Shown here piece by piece: positions 17,064 to 22,250 of a stretch of 22,250 nucleotides of DNA. The translations under genes and the position numbers were made by a program. The stretch covers positions 1-22,250 of the forward strand of contig CAZHPN010000094.1 of NCBI GenBank assembly GCA_964534375.1. The letters are read 5' to 3'. The notes under the pieces were generated by a model. That model was not told the DNA's origin and did no database searches. It saw only the letters and a program-made list of their open reading frames with translations. How positions within the stretch are numbered: position 1 is the first letter of the stretch; each line of letters starts with the position of its first letter. The stretch comes from an uncultured bacterium. GTDB lineage: Bacteria > Lernaellota > Lernaellaia > Lernaellales > Lernaellaceae.

Positions 17064-17159
17064 TGGCGGGCGGAGCGGGCTCCGGCGCCTGAGCGAAAAA
17101 AACACCCCGAAGACCTGCGCCCGCAACGCGGCGCGGAAGACGGGCAAGGAGGCAATCTG

Positions 17160-17858
17160 ATGGCGACGAACACGGTTACCTGGAAACTCGATCTTCGCAA
17201 GCCGGGCGGCAAGGGCGTAGCGCACCGAACGCGGGCCGCCGGCAAAATCCCTGTCGTGGCGTACGGCAAGGAAGTCCCCAGCGTGCCGCTCGCGGTGGAC
17301 GCGGATATGATCACGGTCTTCATGCGGCAAAAGAACTGGCAGCAGGCGCTGATCAGCCTCGACGTCGAGGGCGCGCCGGAACTGGCGGACAAGGTCTTCA
17401 TGATCCGCGAAATCCAGCGGCATCACGTGAGCTACACGCCGCTGGCCATCGACCTACTGGCGATTCGTCTCGATCGCAAGATCAAGTTCGAAGTGCCGGT
17501 CGAGGTCATCGGCGCGGCCGAGGTGCGCAAGCAGGGCGGCGTGCTCGAAATCCTGCATCGCACCCTGCCGCTCAAGTGCCTGCCGACGGCGATCCCCGAA
17601 AAGATCGTGGTCGACGCCAGCCTGCTCGAACTGGGCCACACGCTGCACTTGTCGGACATCGTCCTGCCCGAGGGCACGGAAACGGATCTGCCGCAGGATT
17701 ATCCGCTGTGCACGGCCCTGACGACCCGCGCGGAAGAAGAAGCGGTCAAACCGGCGGCGGAAGGCGAAGAGGCGGCTCCGGCCGAGGGCGAAGAGGCCAA
17801 GGCCGAAGGCGGCAAGGAAGAGAAGAAAGAGAAAGAGAAAGAAGACAAGAAAAAATGA
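17160..17858 (+). CDS. rplY: 50S ribosomal protein L25 / general stress protein Ctc
   Basis: GKIPVVAYG, IREIQRH, KQGGVLE, CLPTAIPEKIVVD and LELGHTLHLSDIVLPEG; acidic/Lys tail. AAGGAGG RBS; lies between prs and pth. Confidence 0.95.
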   Translation: MATNTVTWKLDLRKPGGKGVAHRTRAAGKIPVVAYGKEVPSVPLAVDADMITVFMRQKNWQQALISLDVEGAPELADKVFMIREIQRHHVSYTPLAIDLLAIRLDRKIKFEVPVEVIGAAEVRKQGGVLEILHRTLPLKCLPTAIPEKIVVDASLLELGHTLHLSDIVLPEGTETDLPQDYPLCTALTTRAEEEAVKPAAEGEEAAPAEGEEAKAEGGKEEKKEKEKEDKKK

Positions 17859-18439
17859 AAATCGTCTGCGGGTTGGGCAACCCCGGCGCTCGTTACGAAA
17901 ACACCCGGCACAATGCCGGGTTTCTCATATGCGAACGGGTGGCCGCGCGGCTGGGCGTTTTCTTCACCCAGAAAAAGTTCAATTCGCTGGCGGCCCTCGG
18001 CCGGCATCGCGACGACGCCGTGCTGTTGCTCAAGCCGCAGACGTTCATGAATCGGTCCGGGGCGGCCGTCGCCCCGGCCGCGCATTTTTATCAAGTCGAC
18101 CCGGAGGACCTGCTGGCGATCCACGACGACGCGGATTTGCCGCTGGGCCGCGTGCGCTTGAAACAGGGCGGCGGGAACGCCGGCCACAAGGGCCTGATCT
18201 CGATTCAGGAAGGCCTCGGCTCGGCCGATTTCGCGCGGCTGCGGTTCGGCATCGGCCGGCCCGAGGACCCGCGTTTCGCGCTGGCGGATTTCGTCCTGGC
18301 GGATCTCGGTCCGGAAGAACGGCGCCTGCTCGACGCGCGCTTCGATTTGGCGGCCGACGCCACATGCTGTTGGCTGGCCGACGGCATCGACGTCGCGATG
18401 AACAAGTTCAACGGCCTGGCGTCCGGCGCCGAGTCGTAA
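17855..18439 (+). CDS. pth: Peptidyl-tRNA hydrolase
   Basis: ATGA overlap with the rplY stop. Motifs GLGNPG..Y..TRHNAGF, KPQTFMNRSG, HDD.DLPLG, GGNAGHKGL and RLRFGIGRP. Confidence 0.97.
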   Translation: MKIVCGLGNPGARYENTRHNAGFLICERVAARLGVFFTQKKFNSLAALGRHRDDAVLLLKPQTFMNRSGAAVAPAAHFYQVDPEDLLAIHDDADLPLGRVRLKQGGGNAGHKGLISIQEGLGSADFARLRFGIGRPEDPRFALADFVLADLGPEERRLLDARFDLAADATCCWLADGIDVAMNKFNGLASGAES

Positions 18440-18510
18440 GCGGCGAAACGCCGGCGATTTTCGACGGCGCGGCGCTTTCGGCGGCGGCGATTTTTTTTGA
18501 CGGACCGGCC

Positions 18511-18539
18511 TTGTCAAACGGCGCCGTTTTGTGTAAGTT
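18511..18539 (+). promoter_or_regulatory. Putative sigma70 promoter of the rpsF operon
   Basis: TTGTCA (18511-18516), 17 nt spacer, TAAGTT (18534-18539). Confidence 0.5.
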
Positions 18540-18587
18540 TGCCGGCCTTGTGAATCGGCGTATTCGCCTTGGGGTAGAAAACCGAAT

Positions 18588-18646
18588 TCACTCCTTGCTC
18601 TTCGCCTGCTTCCGGCGACGGGCCGCAACGACCGAAAGGAGAACGC
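18588..18646 (+). ncRNA. S6:S18 ribosomal protein leader (cis-regulatory RNA)
   Basis: CTCCTT (18591-18596) pairs with SD AAGGAG (18636-18641). Inner hairpin GCTC/GGGC plus TCGCC/GGCGA, with CCG trinucleotides on the 3' side of the internal loop. Lies directly upstream of rpsF. Confidence 0.7.
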
Positions 18647-19222
18647 ATGCTGCGGAAGTACGAGACCCTCTATATCCTTAAACACGACAGCCCCCCGGAA
18701 AAGACCGAGGCCGCGCGGGCCAAGATCCGCGACGTCCTGACCGCCGGGAACGTGTTCCTGGTGAAGGAAGACGTGTGGGGCAAAAAGAAGCTCGCCTTCG
18801 AAATCAAAAAGCACTCGAAGGGCATTTTCGTGCTGCTCGTGTACCTTTCCGAGCCCGAGCACATCACGGAAATCGAGCGCAATCTGAAGATCCACTTGGA
18901 GGTCATCCGCTACGTGACGGTGAAAATATCCGACGCCGTCGATATGGAAGCCGAGCAGGCGGAGAAGATCAAGTGGGACGCCGAACTCGGCCGCCGCGCC
19001 CAGGAGCAAGCGGCACGCGGAGACGTGCCCGAAGTCGAAGAAGAAGAGAAGGCGGAAAAGGAAGAGCCGCCCTTCCGCGGCGGCTTCGGCGGCGAACGCC
19101 GGCGGCGCGATCTCGATGACGACGACGAAGAAGCAGGCGACGAACGGCGCCGGGGCCGCGACGCGGTCGACGCCGAGGACGACGACGACGAACCGCCGCG
19201 GACGGACGAGAAATCCGACTGA
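18647..19222 (+). CDS. rpsF: 30S ribosomal protein S6 with long acidic C-terminal extension
   Basis: RKYETLYIL, WGKKKLAFEIKK..KG.F, EIERNLKI...VIRY. Confidence 0.95.
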   Translation: MLRKYETLYILKHDSPPEKTEAARAKIRDVLTAGNVFLVKEDVWGKKKLAFEIKKHSKGIFVLLVYLSEPEHITEIERNLKIHLEVIRYVTVKISDAVDMEAEQAEKIKWDAELGRRAQEQAARGDVPEVEEEEKAEKEEPPFRGGFGGERRRRDLDDDDEEAGDERRRGRDAVDAEDDDDEPPRTDEKSD

Positions 19223-19240
19223 CGCGAGGGGAGGCGGACG

Positions 19241-19669
19241 ATGGCCAATTTCAGTCGCGCGATCTTGATCGGCAACCTGACCCGCGATCCCGAATTGCGG
19301 TTTTCCGGCGGCGGCACGGCCGTCTGCAAATTTTCGCTCGCGGTCAACCGGCGCACGAAAAAAGGCGACACCTGGGAAGAGGAAGTCAGCTTCTTCGACA
19401 TCGTCGCCTTCGGCAAAACGGCCGAGAATACGGCGCAGTATTTGGCCAAAGGCCGCTCGGTGTTCGTCGAAGGCGATCTGGTGCAGCGGCGCTGGGAAGC
19501 CCAGGACGGCCAGAAACGCAACAAGATCGAGATTATCGCCAATACGGTGCAGTTCCTCGGCGCGAAACCCGAGGGCGCGGGCCGGGGTCCGGCCGCGCCG
19601 GCCGCGGGCGGCGGCGACGAACCGCCGGATGCGCCGCCGCCTCTCGACGACGATGCGATTCCATTTTAA
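19241..19669 (+). CDS. ssb: Single-stranded DNA-binding protein
   Basis: LIGNLTRDPELR, YLAKGRSVFVEG and C-terminal DDDAIPF. Confidence 0.97.
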   Translation: MANFSRAILIGNLTRDPELRFSGGGTAVCKFSLAVNRRTKKGDTWEEEVSFFDIVAFGKTAENTAQYLAKGRSVFVEGDLVQRRWEAQDGQKRNKIEIIANTVQFLGAKPEGAGRGPAAPAAGGGDEPPDAPPPLDDDAIPF

Positions 19670-19712
19670 CTTTCTATGAAATTCCGGCCCCGGCGGCCGG
19701 CGGAGGTGAGAA

Positions 19713-19952
19713 ATGTTGCGCGTGAAGAAGAAAAACTTCGGACGGCGCCGCGTGTGCGCGTTCTGCGCGGACATGACGTTGCCGATCGACTACAAAGACA
19801 CGAAGCTGCTGTCGCGCTTCATTACCGAGCGCGGCAAGATCATTCCGCGTCGCATCACCGGCGTGTGCGCCAAGCACCAACGCAAGTTGACGACGGCCAT
19901 CAAGTGCAGCCGACATATCGCGTTGATGCCTTACGCCTCGACGACGGTGTAG
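19713..19952 (+). CDS. rpsR: 30S ribosomal protein S18 (Zn-binding type)
   Basis: CAFC...[41 protein letters not shown]. Confidence 0.97.
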   Translation: MLRVKKKNFGRRRVCAFCADMTLPIDYKDTKLLSRFITERGKIIPRRITGVCAKHQRKLTTAIKCSRHIALMPYASTTV

Positions 19953-19970
19953 CGCCCGCGGTTCGCGATC

Positions 19971-20960
19971 ATGTCCACAATCGCGCCGCCTGACGCCGTG
20001 GTGTTTCTGGTGACGAATTGCCTGGCGGCGGGGCTGGCGGTGACGCCGGCGGTGGTGGCCGCGCTCGCCGTGCGCCGCGGCTGGCGGGTCGGTCTGGGCG
20101 CGGTGCTGGCGTTGGGTCTGGCCGCGGGCGGCCTGACGGCCGCCGCGGCGGGGAATCCGGCGTCCGCTTCGACGGCGTTCGGTCTGGCGGCGGCGCTGGG
20201 CGTCGGCGGCACGGGCCTGGCTCTTTGGCATTACGGCAGGCAGCAGACGCCGGTCGGCCGGCTCTTCGTCGGCTTGGCGGCGATCTTTTTTTTGAGCACG
20301 ATCGGCGTCTATCTGGCGATGCAGTTGTCGGCCGGGCGCAGCCTCGGCGACATCGGCGAGGGTTGGCGCCGGCAGATTGGCGCCTCGTTCGACGAATACC
20401 TGGCGATGTTCAGCCAGCAGGCGGGCGGCGAACGGCTGGGCGACATCAACGCCCTGGCCGCCGGCAAGGCCGCGGTCGTCGGCGCGATCTTTCGGCTCGT
20501 GCCTTCGATTCTCGTGCTGGGCATCGTCTCGCTGGTGCTGGTCAACGTGCTGCTGACGCGGCGGCTGTTGCCGGCCTTCGCCAGCCTGGAGCTCAATCGC
20601 TGGCGGGCGCCCGATGCGGCGATCTGGCTCGTGCTGGTTCCGGCGCTGGGAATGCTGCCGTACCTGCTGTTGCAAACGATGAAACAGGATCTGACGGCGG
20701 CGACGCCTGTTTTCTTCACCAGTTTGAATCTGGTGCTGATCGCCCTGGCGCCGTTCGTCATTCAAGGGCTGGCGGTCATGTCGTTCTTCATGAAGCGCTG
20801 GCGATTCCCGCGGTTCCTGCGCGGTCTGGCGTATTTCTTGATGCTGTCGCAAGGGCTGCTGGCCGTGGCGCCGGCGCTGGGTCTGGTGGAATTCTGGACC
20901 GACTGGCGCGGTCGCGCGGCGGCGCGGCGCGACGACGAAGACGAAAGCGCAAACGAATAA
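19971..20960 (+). CDS. DUF2232/YybS family multi-pass membrane protein (start uncertain)
   Basis: Many hydrophobic segments; motifs WRAPD..IW, NL, QGLAV..F and LGLVEFW.DWR. Typical position between rpsR and rplI. Confidence 0.8.
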   Translation: MSTIAPPDAVVFLVTNCLAAGLAVTPAVVAALAVRRGWRVGLGAVLALGLAAGGLTAAAAGNPASASTAFGLAAALGVGGTGLALWHYGRQQTPVGRLFVGLAAIFFLSTIGVYLAMQLSAGRSLGDIGEGWRRQIGASFDEYLAMFSQQAGGERLGDINALAAGKAAVVGAIFRLVPSILVLGIVSLVLVNVLLTRRLLPAFASLELNRWRAPDAAIWLVLVPALGMLPYLLLQTMKQDLTAATPVFFTSLNLVLIALAPFVIQGLAVMSFFMKRWRFPRFLRGLAYFLMLSQGLLAVAPALGLVEFWTDWRGRAAARRDDEDESANE

Positions 20961-20992
20961 TCAACGGTTGTTCGAACCGGGAGGCGAGAGCG

Positions 20993-21442
20993 ATGAAAGT
21001 GATTCTGAACGCGGATGTCGCGGAACTGGGCGCCATCGGCGACATCGTGAATGTGAAAGACGGGTACGCCCGCAATTTCCTGTTCCCGAAAAAACTGGCC
21101 GTCGAAGCGACGACGCGCAGCGTGAGCCGCATGGCGCACGAAAAGCAGCGCATCGACGCCAAGCGCCGCCGGGAAAAAATGGACGCCGAAGAGTTGGCCA
21201 AGAAGCTCGAAGGGGCGCAAGTGCGCATCGCCGCCAAAGTCGGCGAGGAAGAGAAGTTGTACGGCTCGGTGACCAGCGCGATGGTCGCCGAAACGCTGCA
21301 GAAACTCGGCTTCGAAATCGACAAGCGCAAAATTCAACTCGCCGACCCGATTCGCACCACCGGCGTGTTCACCGTGCCGGTCAAAGTCCACCAGGACGTC
21401 GTCGCCAACGTGAAGGTCTGGGTCGCGGCCGAAGAGGCGTGA
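20993..21442 (+). CDS. rplI: 50S ribosomal protein L9
   Basis: [36 protein letters not shown] and KLYGSVT. GGAGG RBS. Confidence 0.97.
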   Translation: MKVILNADVAELGAIGDIVNVKDGYARNFLFPKKLAVEATTRSVSRMAHEKQRIDAKRRREKMDAEELAKKLEGAQVRIAAKVGEEEKLYGSVTSAMVAETLQKLGFEIDKRKIQLADPIRTTGVFTVPVKVHQDVVANVKVWVAAEEA

Positions 21443-21479
21443 GCGAACCTTTCGCCGCCGCCGCGCCGGGGGAGCCGCC

Positions 21480-22250
21480 ATGGTCGGGCCGGTAAAAAGA
21501 GCGCCGGATCCCACACTGGAGCGCCGCGCGCCGCCGCATAGCGTCGAAGCGGAAATGGCCGTCCTCGGCGGGGTGCTGCTGCACAACGAAGCGCTCGACC
21601 AGGTGCGCGACTTGCTCGAGGTCGACGACTTCTATCAGCCGGCCCACCAGCGCCTGTTCCGCGCCTGCTGCATTCTGTACGATCGCGGCGACCCCATCGA
21701 CCCGATCACCCTGCGCAACGAACTGAAGCTGCTCGGTCTGCTCGACGAAATCGGCGGCGCGGCGTACCTCGAACGGCTGCTCGACGAAGTCCACACGACG
21801 GCCAACATCGAGCAGTACGCCCGCATCGTGGCCGAAAAGGCGCTGCTGCGCCGCATGCTCGGCGCGACGCACGAAATCCAGGGCATGATCATCGACGGCC
21901 GGGCCGACGACGGCACGCCGCTGGAAACCGACCAGATCGTCGACCGCAGCCAGCAGATCGTCTTCGACGTGGCGCGCGAGACCGTCCGCAGTCCGTACGA
22001 GTCGTTGGAACAGGTCATCAACGAATCGATGGACTATCTCAGCGCGCGGATGAAATCCGCCGACGCGCTCGCCGGCTACACGACCGGCTTTCCCGACCTC
22101 GACGACAAGACCAACGGCGTCAAGGGCGGCGAATTGATCATCGTCGCGGCGCGGCCCGGCATGGGCAAGACCAGCCTCGCGCTCAATATCGGCATGAACT
22201 TGACGCTGCACGAAAAGCTGCCGGTGTTGATGTTTTCGCTCGAAATGAAC
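21480..22250 (+). CDS. dnaB: Replicative DNA helicase (partial, runs off the window end)
   Basis: Manual translation from ATG 21480: PPHSVEAEMAVLGGVLL, DFYQPAHQRLF, IGGAAYL, TGFPDLD, Walker A region LIIVAARPGMGKTS, FSLEM. Confidence 0.96.
   Translation, partial: MVGPVKRAPDPTLERRAPPHSVEAEMAVLGGVLLHNEALDQVRDLLEVDDFYQPAHQRLFRACCILYDRGDPIDPITLRNELKLLGLLDEIGGAAYLERLLDEVHTTANIEQYARIVAEKALLRRMLGATHEIQGMIIDGRADDGTPLETDQIVDRSQQIVFDVARETVRSPYESLEQVINESMDYLSARMKSADALAGYTTGFPDLDDKTNGVKGGELIIVAARPGMGKTSLALNIGMNLTLHEKLPVLMFSLEMN

Noticed and set aside
22140..22250. Intein in DnaB at the Walker A region
   Set aside because: GMGKTSLALN reads continuously. Later insertion sites lie outside the window.

Overview
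High-GC chromosomal window from a diderm bacterium. Gene content and order suggest a deltaproteobacterial-type lineage (inference). The right part (14.7-22.2 kb) is a conserved housekeeping cluster: ispE-spoVG-tRNA-Gln(TTG)-prs-rplY-pth-[S6:S18 leader]-rpsF-ssb-rpsR-DUF2232-rplI-dnaB (partial). The middle holds accessory genes: a YVTN beta-propeller/phosphoesterase lipoprotein, a BtuB-like TonB-dependent receptor, a conserved hypothetical, a second beta-propeller lipoprotein, an orphan YidD-like protein, a membrane-anchored PP2C phosphatase, a GH4 hydrolase coupled to a PfkB kinase, a small coiled-coil/AT-hook/winged-helix protein and a pseudo-receiver/DUF4388-like protein. The first kilobase is the most unusual part. 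It contains a 359-bp internally deleted RAYT-type (HUH Y1) transposase remnant bounded by inverted repeats. Next to it is a gene-less structure: eight 9-mers, of which the innermost flank an AT-rich core in opposite orientations, plus three 35-bp units at 72-73 bp period carrying IHF-like boxes. All calls come from motif recognition; no database searches were run.
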